A stretch of DNA of 64,000 nucleotides from Verrucomicrobiota bacterium (GTDB lineage: Bacteria; Verrucomicrobiota; Verrucomicrobiia; Limisphaerales; AAA164-E04), in the NCBI GenBank assembly GCA_047947115.1, contig CP170459.1, positions 4,160,001 to 4,224,000 on the forward strand, given 5' to 3'. Both the position numbers and the translations under genes were made by a program. The notes below the pieces were generated by a model. The model worked only from the letters and a program-made list of their open reading frames with translations, had not been told where the DNA came from and searched no databases. Each line of letters starts with the position of its first letter. Positions within the stretch are counted from its first letter, which is position 1. This document shows, one piece after another, positions 40,653-50,239 of this stretch.

Positions 40653-41621
40653 ATGAGCAAACGTATCGTTGTATTGGATGGTTACACTTTGAACCCGGGT
40701 GATTTAAGCTGGGAAGGTCTTCAATCATTGGGGGATTCCTGCGATATACATGAACGCACCTCGGTGGAGGATATCGTTGATCGTGCGGAAGACGCCGAGA
40801 TCATATTGACCAACAAAACCCCGATTTCAGTCGACACACTGGTCAACCTTCCCAGACTGGAATACATAGGCGTCCTGGCCACCGGTTTCAATATTGTGGA
40901 CGTCGCCACTGCGAAAAGCCGGGGTATTCCGGTCACCAACGTACCCTCGTATGGAACGAAATCTGTCGCCCAGATGACCATGGCCTTGCTTCTTGAACTG
41001 ACACAACGCGTCGGAATCCATTCAGACTCGGTGATGAACGGCGACTGGATGCGATGTCCCGATTTTTGTTACTGGAAACAACCCTTGATTGAGCTGGATG
41101 GTCTGACCATGGGGATCATAGGCTACGGACGCATTGGTCAGGAAGTCGCCAAACTCGCCCGTGCGTTTGGGATGCGAATCATCGCAACCAAACGTGACTC
41201 TCTTAATCCCACGGAACATCCGGATACAGGATTTGCCTCATTGGATGACGTCATCGAGCAATCCGATGTCCTCAGTCTCCACTGTCCACTGACCCCCGAA
41301 ACCCAATACCTCATCAACGATGCCAGGCTTTCCAAAATGAAACCGACCGCGTTGTTATTGAACACAAGCAGGGGTCCGCTGGTCGATGAACGCGCTCTGG
41401 CGGATGCCTTGATGAATGGCAGCATCGCCGGAGCCGGTATTGATGTCGTTGAACTCGAACCGCCTCGATCGGAAAGCCTCCTTTATCAGGCTCCGAATTG
41501 CTACATCACTCCGCACATTGCATGGGCAACCAAAGCTGCACGTTCCCGACTACTCAATACTGCCGTGGAAAACGTCCGTCAATTTCTGGCCGGAATCCCA
41601 CAAAATGTCGTCAACCCGTAA
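40653..41621 (+). CDS. D-2-hydroxyacid dehydrogenase (glycerate dehydrogenase/hydroxypyruvate reductase-like)
   Basis: IVVLDGYTLNPGDLSW, GIIGYGRIG, LHCPLT, NTSRG, TPHIAW. Confidence 0.92.
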   Translation: MSKRIVVLDGYTLNPGDLSWEGLQSLGDSCDIHERTSVEDIVDRAEDAEIILTNKTPISVDTLVNLPRLEYIGVLATGFNIVDVATAKSRGIPVTNVPSYGTKSVAQMTMALLLELTQRVGIHSDSVMNGDWMRCPDFCYWKQPLIELDGLTMGIIGYGRIGQEVAKLARAFGMRIIATKRDSLNPTEHPDTGFASLDDVIEQSDVLSLHCPLTPETQYLINDARLSKMKPTALLLNTSRGPLVDERALADALMNGSIAGAGIDVVELEPPRSESLLYQAPNCYITPHIAWATKAARSRLLNTAVENVRQFLAGIPQNVVNP

Positions 41622-41635
41622 ACCACCCTGTCACG

Positions 41636-44633
41636 ATGATACGTCCCATCCTTCTTCTCCCTTTTCTGTGCGGATACCTGTCGATTCACGCTCAGAACTT
41701 CCGCGCACCTTATAACAGTGAACCTTCGGATTCACCCCTCACCTCGCCAAAAGAAGCACTGGACGCTGTTGAAGCGCCTGAAGGATACCATGTCTCCACG
41801 TTTGCACATGAACCGGATGTGCAACAACCCATCGCCCTCACAACGGATGCCCGGGGTCCCTGTGGATAGCGGAGAATTATACCTATTCCGAAAGTCCCTT
41901 GAATTTCGATCTCACACTTCGTGACCGAATCGTCATTCTGGATGACGAAAACGAGGATGGAATTTGCGACCGTCGCACGGTCTTTTGGGACCAAGGTCAA
42001 CGCATCACCGGGGTGGAACTGGGATTAGGCGGTGCATGGGTCATTGCCCCTCCTCAATTGCTCTTCATCCCGGATCGAGATCACGACGACATACCGGACT
42101 CACAACCGGAAATCATGCTCGATGGATTTGATTCAGACAAAATCCGTCACAACCTCGCCAACGGCATCAAGTGGGGGCCGGACGGCTGGTTGTATGGACG
42201 TCATGGAATCCTGACCGACTCCCTTGTTGGCGTTCCCGGGGCGGAACGTGAAGATCGAACCCGTTTTCATTGTGGCATCTGGCGTTGGCACCCACGATCC
42301 GGCCAAATTGAAATGGTGGCGGAAGGCACCACGAACCCGTGGGGACATGATTGGAATGATGTTGGGGAACTGTTCTTCATCAACACGGTTATCGGCCATC
42401 TCTGGCACGCGGTTCCGGGCTCTTATTTTGAACGCATGTACGGAGAACCCAAACGACAGAACCTTTACCGCCTGATTCCCCAAACAGCCGATCACGTCCA
42501 CTGGGACTCCCGTGAACAATGGATGGACATCCGCAAAGGCATGTCGGACCGCACATCCGAACTCGGGGGCGGCCACGCGCACTCGGGATTCATGATCTAC
42601 CTGGGTGATCAATGGCCAGCCACCCTGCGAGGCGAAAGCTTTGCCATCAGTCTGCACGGACAACGGATCAATCACGATCATATCGAACGGCGTGGCGCCG
42701 GATACAAGGCAACTCATCGACCCGATTTCGCTCACTTCAAAGATCCATGGTTCCGTGGGATTGATCTGACTTACGGTCCGGATGGAAGTGTTTATGTATT
42801 GGATTGGTCGGATGTCGGCGAGTGCCATGAAAACACCGGCGTTCATCGCAGTTCAGGTCGTATTTACAAGATTGCATACCGATCCGGTGACCTGGAGAAC
42901 CAACCGGAACACGTCCGCCCTCATCTCCGTCAACTGTCCACACTGGAACTGGCCAAACTCCAGGTCCACCCAAACGACTGGTGGGTACGTCAAGCCAGGA
43001 TGATACTTCGGGAACGCTTTCTGGACGGCGTTGACATGAGTCCGGCACATGCTTTTTTTGACCAAGAAATGTCCAAGCCAAATACCACTCCAGTCCGACT
43101 GCGGATTTTGTGGGCTCAGGCTCTCACCGACGGCATCGATCAGGAAACATTGATCCGCCGCATCAATGCCCAGAACGAAAACATGCGTGCGTGGAGTATT
43201 CGTCTACTGGCGGATAACGGTAACGAGCCGACACCTGAAATAGTGAAAGCCCTGGTCGACCGCGCTCGCAAGGAAGACTCCGGCCTGACCCTGCTTTACA
43301 TGGCGTCTGTGATGCGTCATTTGAAAACGAACGATGCTTGGATGTTGGCAAACATTATCGGGACCAAACAAATGTTCGCCGATGATCCGCAACTACCGGC
43401 GCTCATCTGGCACAGTCTGGAACCAAAAATCGTCTCCGACACAGAATCTGCCCTGAATTATCTGGATCTCCACCCCATGCCCGACCTTGCGCGCTGGACC
43501 GTGAGGCGACTCACCCAGGAAATAAAGAATCACCCTGCATCGCAAGAGCTTTGCTCAATCGAGTGATTCAACCCCTCCGTGAAAAGGACGTATCCATCAT
43601 CCTTCATGGAATGAGCGAAGCCCTACAGGGCTGGAGCAAAGCCGATCAACCCGACAACTGGGAAGCCGTCTACCAGCGTTGGCACCGGACAAACAACCCT
43701 GAAATCGCAGGCTACCTCAATGAATTAGCTGTAGTGTTCGGTGATGGACGCATTGATGCATCACTCATGGAGATCGCCGGAGACGAAACACGAGACATCC
43801 ATACGCGACGCAACGCACTGGACACACTCGCCAAATCGAGCAAAGCATCCAATATCCCATTTATGCAGCGCATGCTGCAAGAGCGCAAAATGAGCGACAT
43901 TGCCGTGCAGGGATTATCTCTTCACTGGTCGGATGAAATCGGCGATTTGCTGACCCTCCGGTATGGAGGCATGTCGCGTCAGGGCAAAGACACAGTGATC
44001 GAGTCCCTGATCAGTCGTACTTCAAGCATTGCGCATTTGTTGAAAGGCATCCAAAACAATCGCATCCCAGCGCGTGATATCAAAGCCTTTGAACGTCGAA
44101 GAATGGTGCGGATGAGCGATTCTACCCTTCTGGAAACCATCCGCAGCATCTGGCCGGAATCACCCGAAGAGGATCTGGAAGATAAAATCCTCGCGGAAAA
44201 GTGGCAGAAGAGAATAACCGGCCTTGAAACCACACGCGCCGATCTCCAAGCAGGACGTGAACTATTCAGCACCCTCTGCGGAACCTGCCATAAATTACGT
44301 GGGGCAGGCGGAGAGTTGGGACCGGATTTGACCGGATCAGACAGAACCAACCTGGATTACCTCCTTGAGAACATTCTTTTTCCAAGCCGCACCGTTCCTG
44401 ACGACTACCGCATGCTGCGAATCACCATGAACGACGGACGATCACTGGATGGTTTAAAAGGTCCTGAAACCCAATCAACTCTGGTCCTCAAAACCCCCAA
44501 ACAAACCATCGTCCTGGAAAAAGACGCCATCCAGGAAAGCACCACCTCCAACCTGTCCCTAATGCCAGAAGGCCTCCTGGAAGGCCTCGACGAACAACAA
44601 ATGCGCGACCTTTTCGGCTATTTGATGCAATAA
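41636..44633 (+). pseudogene. PVC-type membrane-bound dehydrogenase/haem c protein split by two frameshifts
   Basis: Three consecutive ORFs (to 41869, 41899-43566, 43551-44633) are collinear with the intact paralog at 52501-55536; CGTCH and SLMPEGLL present. Confidence 0.85.
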
Positions 44634-44751
44634 TGACAGAACTTCGTGTCCCTTCGTGCCTTGAGGCAAACATCACGCCCCTACAATTCCCATCGGATTT
44701 TATCATCGCCAAATTCCCCGGCTTTGGTTTTGATCTTCGTCAACATCACTT

Positions 44752-45555
44752 ATGATACGTCGCCCGATCAGTTCATTGACAAGGATCACACTGGGTATTC
44801 TGTCCGTTGTATGCCTGCTCACCGGTTATTCCTGGCTTTCACACCGCCAGCACATTGCCAATCCAAAAGACACCACCATCCCTAATTGGACACAATTGAC
44901 CGAAGGGATCAAAAAATCAATCACCTGGAACGAACGTACCGAGGAGCGTTGGCTGACAGATGATGCCAAGGCAACCGTCATCCGACTCTTTTCTGGTCTG
45001 GGCATCGCTGTTGTCGGAGCGTGTCTGTTGGGAATCGGCATGGGATGTCTCACCCCCATGGAGGCATTTTTTCACCCGCCACTTTCCTTTCTTGCAAAAA
45101 TTCCGGCCACCGCCGTTCTGGCTGTTTTCATGGCGTTGGTCGGCCTGGGGATGGAGATGTATATCACCATGATTGTCTTCGGCATCCTGCCTTCGATGGC
45201 GATCAGCGTATACCAGGCGGTGAAGGAATTCCCGGAAGAACTTCAATACAAGGCCTACACGTTGGGAGCCTCCCACATGGAAGTCATATGGACCATCATT
45301 TTCCCGCAAGTGCTTCCTAAACTCATCGATGCCACCCGCCTGATGATCGGTCCGGCCATGGTGTATTTGATCGCTGCCGAAATGCTGTTTGGTGACGTCG
45401 GATTTGGCTACCGTATCCGCATCCAATCCAAACTGCTCAGCATGAACGTGGTTTACCCTTATCTTGCGCTCCTAGCAGGATTCGGGTTTTCAATGGATTA
45501 CTTGTTGAAGATCTTTCAACGCAAGATTTCACCCTGGTTTGAAGCCCATCATTAA
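44752..45555 (+). CDS. ABC transporter permease, NitT/TauT type
   Basis: TM helices; KAYTLGAS EAA-like loop; LIAAEML...GFGYRI. Confidence 0.88.
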   Translation: MIRRPISSLTRITLGILSVVCLLTGYSWLSHRQHIANPKDTTIPNWTQLTEGIKKSITWNERTEERWLTDDAKATVIRLFSGLGIAVVGACLLGIGMGCLTPMEAFFHPPLSFLAKIPATAVLAVFMALVGLGMEMYITMIVFGILPSMAISVYQAVKEFPEELQYKAYTLGASHMEVIWTIIFPQVLPKLIDATRLMIGPAMVYLIAAEMLFGDVGFGYRIRIQSKLLSMNVVYPYLALLAGFGFSMDYLLKIFQRKISPWFEAHH

Positions 45556-45563
45556 ACGTCTCC

Positions 45564-46484
45564 ATGACCGATCCGCAAACACATCCACTCGCCTTGAATT
45601 GCCAATCAATTTCCCATTGGTTTGGTTCCAAGAAGGTGCTTTATGACGTCAACCTTAGAATTGAAAGGGGTCAATTCGTCAGTTTGGTGGGCCCGAGCGG
45701 TTGTGGAAAATCCACCTTGCTGCGTGCCATCGTCGGCACACATCTTCCGCGTAAAGGAAATATACTCGTGCATTCCAAGGAACCGGGATCCAAACCTTCA
45801 CCTGTCACCGGCCCTGGCCGCGACCGTGGGATTGTCTATCAACATTACTCCCTTTTTCCATTTCTTACAGCACTTGAGAATGTCGCCATCGGTCTCAAAC
45901 TGGATGAAACTAACATCCCCTTTCGCACGTTTCGCTGGTTCGCCTGGCGCAGGCTGCGAAAGCAGCACTTGAAACTGGCAGCTGAATATTTGGATCGCGT
46001 GAAGCTCGGAGACGCCATGCATCTCTACCCACATGAAATGTCCGGCGGCATGCGCCAACGCGTCGCCATAGCACAGGCCCTGGTTATGAAACCTGAAATC
46101 ATCCTGCTCGACGAACCATTCGGTGCATTGGACGAAGCTACACGGGAGGAGTTGCAGCGGGCGTTGCTGCTGCTCTATGCGGAAAACCAGACCGCTTTGA
46201 AACTAGGCGAAGCCCCACCCTTTACGTTGATCATTGTCACCCATGAGTTGAACGAAGCCATCTATGTCGGAGACCGTTTGATCGGCCTCTCCCAATACTG
46301 GGATTGGGAGGGTGAAAACCACACGCAACCTCCCGGGGCTTCCATCGTATACGATGTGCCATCTCCCGTCTTCGATCCGGATGCCCTCCGCGATTTCGAG
46401 ATCTTCGAAAAGCAAAGGGATGCCGTCAGAAATGACGTATTCGATCCAAACTGCAAAAAACCACGCATTCCCGTGGAATCTTAA
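45564..46484 (+). CDS. ABC transporter ATP-binding protein, NitT/TauT type
   Basis: GPSGCGKST, MSGGMRQRVAIA, LLDEPFGALD, VTH. Confidence 0.93.
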   Translation: MTDPQTHPLALNCQSISHWFGSKKVLYDVNLRIERGQFVSLVGPSGCGKSTLLRAIVGTHLPRKGNILVHSKEPGSKPSPVTGPGRDRGIVYQHYSLFPFLTALENVAIGLKLDETNIPFRTFRWFAWRRLRKQHLKLAAEYLDRVKLGDAMHLYPHEMSGGMRQRVAIAQALVMKPEIILLDEPFGALDEATREELQRALLLLYAENQTALKLGEAPPFTLIIVTHELNEAIYVGDRLIGLSQYWDWEGENHTQPPGASIVYDVPSPVFDPDALRDFEIFEKQRDAVRNDVFDPNCKKPRIPVES

Positions 46485-46496
46485 CCCCGTTTATCC

Positions 46497-48326
46497 ATGA
46501 TCATGAGTCGCGAGGCGCCCCCATTTCTTAAACAAGCAGGACGCATTCTCAATTCGGGACAGGCACGCACGCTGCTGCTGACCGGCAATATCCATGATTT
46601 GTTTTTCAAGAAGGAACAGGATCAGGAGGATTATGTCTCACTGCTTCCCTTCCTGCTGCATCACTGGGACGTCCCTGATTTCATCCTCATCATCCATGAA
46701 CTGAATGGTCCCATTCGCTTTTTACACAAAGAACACACTGCGCTCATGAAACGAGCGTGGATCGAATGGCGCACCGGTATGAGCGACGAGGAAATGGCCA
46801 TCCAGCGCATGTTGAATAAAGGACAACTTCAATCCGATGGCGATTCAGTGGGCGAAGCCTTTGACCATCACATGCACAAAGCCGTTGGCAACCCAACCCT
46901 GGCGCTGGAACTCATGCGCCAGATGTGCCTTTGCTCTCGATCCAAGCACAACGGCAAAGCCATTCTTCGGCAAAACCTCATCATCCTGATTGAAGGGGCC
47001 GACCTGTTGCTCCCCGAATCTCCCATGTCACAACTCAGCGATGTGGATCGACAACGGGTTGCGATTTGTCAGGATTGGTTCAGTGACCAGGGATTCCTGA
47101 GATCCGATGATTCGGTGATCATGCTCGCAGAATCCAGAAGCCTCATCCATCATCGCATCGCCAACCTGCCGTATCTGCTGGAATCAGAAATCCCTTCACC
47201 GGATGAAGAAACACGCAAACATTTCATTTCATGGTTCAACCGTCACCTCAACGACGGAGAAGAACTCAAATTATGGAGCACCCAAAGCAAATTGGCCACC
47301 CTTACAGCGGGTTTGTCTCTTCAGGCGTTGCTTCAATTACTAAAAGGAGCCGCCCATGCACGGGAAAAACTTCAGCCCGCCGAAGTCGTAGGCAAAGTGG
47401 AATCCTTCATCCAGAATCAACTAGGCGATTCCGTCGTCGAATTTAAAAAACCCGAACACCATCTCAATGACGTGGTCGGGTTTCGCAAGTTGAAAGCCTT
47501 TCTCATCCAAGAACTCATTCCACGATTCCGAATCCAGGGCAAAGCCGCTCTGCCAGGAGCGGCGGTGTGCGGCCCGATTGGAAGCGGCAAAACATTCATC
47601 TTCGAAGCGGTCGCCTCGGAACTGGACATGGTGGTGCTGGTGCTCAAAAATCTCCGAAGCCAATGGTTCGGACAAACGGATGTTATCTTCGAACGACTGC
47701 GGCGCGTGCTCGAAGCACTTTCCAAGGTGTTGATCTTTGTCGATGAGGCAGACACACAGTTCGGCGCAATCGGAACCAATGCACATGAAACCGAACGACG
47801 CCTGACCGGAAAAATCCAGGCCATGATGTCGGACCCACGCTTGCGCGGCCGTGTGTTCTGGCTCTTGATCACCGCCCGGATTCATCAACTCTCACCCGAC
47901 CTGCGACGTCCCGGACGTGTTGGTGACTTGATCATTCCCGTGCTGGATCCGGACAACGAGGACCGGGCAGCATTTATTAATTGGATGCTCAAACCAATCA
48001 TCGGTCAACGCCTGGCACAGGAATCGATCCATTCTTTGACCTTACAATTGGCAAATTATTCAGCCGCCGCTCTGGCATCGTTACGATCTGAACTCATTGC
48101 CACGAAGTTGCTCAAAAAAGCCGATTTCCTGAGTCTCGAGGAAATTCTCGAGGTGGTGAACGACCACCTTCCCGCGGCCATTGAATCCACCCGGCGCTAC
48201 CAAACCCTTCAGGCACTCATTCATTGCAGCCGCCGCAGTCTGTTGCCGGATCCGAATGTCACCGATGATCAAAGAGCCATGTGGGAATCTGAGGTCAAAC
48301 AAATGGAATCCAATGGCATGCATTAA
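46497..48326 (+). CDS. AAA+ ATPase (degenerate N-terminal domain + C-terminal AAA)
   Basis: GPIGSGKT Walker A, IFVDEAD Walker B, LRRPGR arginine-finger region. Confidence 0.88.
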   Translation: MIMSREAPPFLKQAGRILNSGQARTLLLTGNIHDLFFKKEQDQEDYVSLLPFLLHHWDVPDFILIIHELNGPIRFLHKEHTALMKRAWIEWRTGMSDEEMAIQRMLNKGQLQSDGDSVGEAFDHHMHKAVGNPTLALELMRQMCLCSRSKHNGKAILRQNLIILIEGADLLLPESPMSQLSDVDRQRVAICQDWFSDQGFLRSDDSVIMLAESRSLIHHRIANLPYLLESEIPSPDEETRKHFISWFNRHLNDGEELKLWSTQSKLATLTAGLSLQALLQLLKGAAHAREKLQPAEVVGKVESFIQNQLGDSVVEFKKPEHHLNDVVGFRKLKAFLIQELIPRFRIQGKAALPGAAVCGPIGSGKTFIFEAVASELDMVVLVLKNLRSQWFGQTDVIFERLRRVLEALSKVLIFVDEADTQFGAIGTNAHETERRLTGKIQAMMSDPRLRGRVFWLLITARIHQLSPDLRRPGRVGDLIIPVLDPDNEDRAAFINWMLKPIIGQRLAQESIHSLTLQLANYSAAALASLRSELIATKLLKKADFLSLEEILEVVNDHLPAAIESTRRYQTLQALIHCSRRSLLPDPNVTDDQRAMWESEVKQMESNGMH

Positions 48327-48331
48327 TCACC

Positions 48332-49855
48332 ATGGAACCCGATCACTCCAAAAAAAGCAGACAAACCCAACACTCCAATAGAAAGCGTACCAGGCAACCG
48401 ACGATCAAAAAGGATGTGACCATTTCCAAAGAATCACGCCCGCGCATCTGGATGGCTTGGTCGATGGGGGTCATGATCGCCATTTCGGTGATCGGGTGGT
48501 ATGCCACCATGGACCGGATACCCGCCCAATTAAAACTGGTAACGGGAGAAGACGGTGGACTATATCATCAAGTCGGTGATTTGTTGGGCGATATCTGGAA
48601 TAAACATACAGAATCGAATCTGGAGATTGTTTCAAGTACGGGCAGCGGAGAAAATCGCTCCGCTCTGATGCATCACGATGTCGATTTGGCCATCCTTCAG
48701 GGAGACGCTGTTTCGTTGGACGGATTCTCAATCATAGCACCGCTATACCCTGAATTGGTACATGTCATTGTCCGAAAGGAATCAGACATCCATCGTGTTC
48801 AAGACCTGAAGGGGCATCAAATCCTCATTGGCTCACCCCACTCGGGGATGAGATCCACTGCAAAGGAAATCCTCAGTTACCATGGGCTGACCGATGACAA
48901 ATTCCAGGCCCATGAAATGTATTTCACGGAACTGGATCAGCACCCGGAAATTGACGCTGCCATCGTAACGGCGGGCATGATGAATCCGGACCTCAAAAAG
49001 CTGCTGAACACTGGTGACTACCGGCTCATCCCCATTGAATACGCCGAGGCCATCGCCATGCAAAACTCCTTTTTCATCCAGATGAAAATTCCCAAAGCGC
49101 TCTACGGATTTGGGACGGTTCCCACCGATGTGGATTGTATCACCGTGGCGACCACGTCCTTGTTGGTGGGACGAGAAGATATCGGGTCCGCCGTGGTGGA
49201 TGAGTTGCTCAATTGCGTTTTTCAGCAATCACTGTGGATGCATCTCCCCACGCTGCACAGCACCGACGACATTCTGCGGGACTGGAGCAAACTTCGATAC
49301 CACCCGAGAGCCCACCAATTTTTCAATCCATCCGACCGGGTCGGACACATGGCCAACATCATGGAATCCCTGGCCGCCTTCAAGGAGCTGGCTGTGGCGT
49401 TGGTGGCGGGGCTTTACCTGCTATGGGACCGATGGAAACGCATACAGGAAAAAGACGTCGAAAGACGTATGCTGCTAGAAAAAGACAAACTGGACGTTCT
49501 TCTCACCAAAACGCTGATTATCGAACGTTCCCAAATGGAATCCAACAGCATTCCTGAACTTCGTGGCATGTTGGATAAAGTCACGCGCATCAAACTCCAG
49601 GCGCTGGACGAACTCACCCACGAAGCCCTTCGGGGAGATCGCATTTTTTTGATCTTCCTGACCCAATGCGCCAATCTGATTACCAAAATCCAGGCCAAGA
49701 TTACCCAGCTCAATATCGAAGAAGCCGGGTTCGATCATCATGCAGTTCCCCCTGCCTCATTCAAAAAACGTAAACCACGGCGCAACAACACCAACACCTC
49801 CAAGAATGGGATATCAACACATACCAGTAAAAAAGGTACTGTGGAAGAATGTTGA
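48332..49855 (+). CDS. TAXI-family solute-binding protein with N- and C-terminal TM helices
   Basis: TGEDGGLY, STGSGEN, LYPELVHVIVR, DLKG...IGSPHSG, YHPRA; second hydrophobic helix and helical tail. Confidence 0.82.
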   Translation: MEPDHSKKSRQTQHSNRKRTRQPTIKKDVTISKESRPRIWMAWSMGVMIAISVIGWYATMDRIPAQLKLVTGEDGGLYHQVGDLLGDIWNKHTESNLEIVSSTGSGENRSALMHHDVDLAILQGDAVSLDGFSIIAPLYPELVHVIVRKESDIHRVQDLKGHQILIGSPHSGMRSTAKEILSYHGLTDDKFQAHEMYFTELDQHPEIDAAIVTAGMMNPDLKKLLNTGDYRLIPIEYAEAIAMQNSFFIQMKIPKALYGFGTVPTDVDCITVATTSLLVGREDIGSAVVDELLNCVFQQSLWMHLPTLHSTDDILRDWSKLRYHPRAHQFFNPSDRVGHMANIMESLAAFKELAVALVAGLYLLWDRWKRIQEKDVERRMLLEKDKLDVLLTKTLIIERSQMESNSIPELRGMLDKVTRIKLQALDELTHEALRGDRIFLIFLTQCANLITKIQAKITQLNIEEAGFDHHAVPPASFKKRKPRRNNTNTSKNGISTHTSKKGTVEEC

Positions 49856-49894
49856 TATTAAGAGTAAAAGTAGGGTTAGCGCAGTGTGAAGGCA

Positions 49895-50217
49895 GGTAGA
49901 ACGTGATGTCCCTGGCGCGTCGCCTTGTGGCATACCTGTTTATAACGTTTGCCAAAAGTAATTTCAGAAAAAACTCTGCGTCACTGCGTCACTAGCGCAG
50001 CGGGCGTGAGGATAAGAAGCATCAGCGAGCCCCTTATGCGCAAATACTTTTGCAATCAGTATACCCCCCCAAGGAATCCCCTGACGCAATGGAACTCACA
50101 CCCTCATCTCCAAAATTCCTAATGGAACAGGACATTGAAAACCACCGACTTCCCAAAAGGAAAAACAAATGCAATATGATCACTGCAAGGGACGCGCCAG
50201 GGACGGCACGTTCTACC
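49895..50217. repeat. REPIN-like inverted pair of GTAG-headed REPs
   Basis: GGTAGAACGTGATGTCCCTGGCGCGTC (49895-49921) matches the reverse complement of 50191-50217 at 25/27 positions. Confidence 0.8.
49941..50063. mobile_element. 123-bp MITE-like element, copy 2
   Basis: Near-identical to 26198-26320, with TATA at both ends. Confidence 0.75.
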
Positions 50218-50239
50218 AGAGGCACTCCTTCAACATTCA

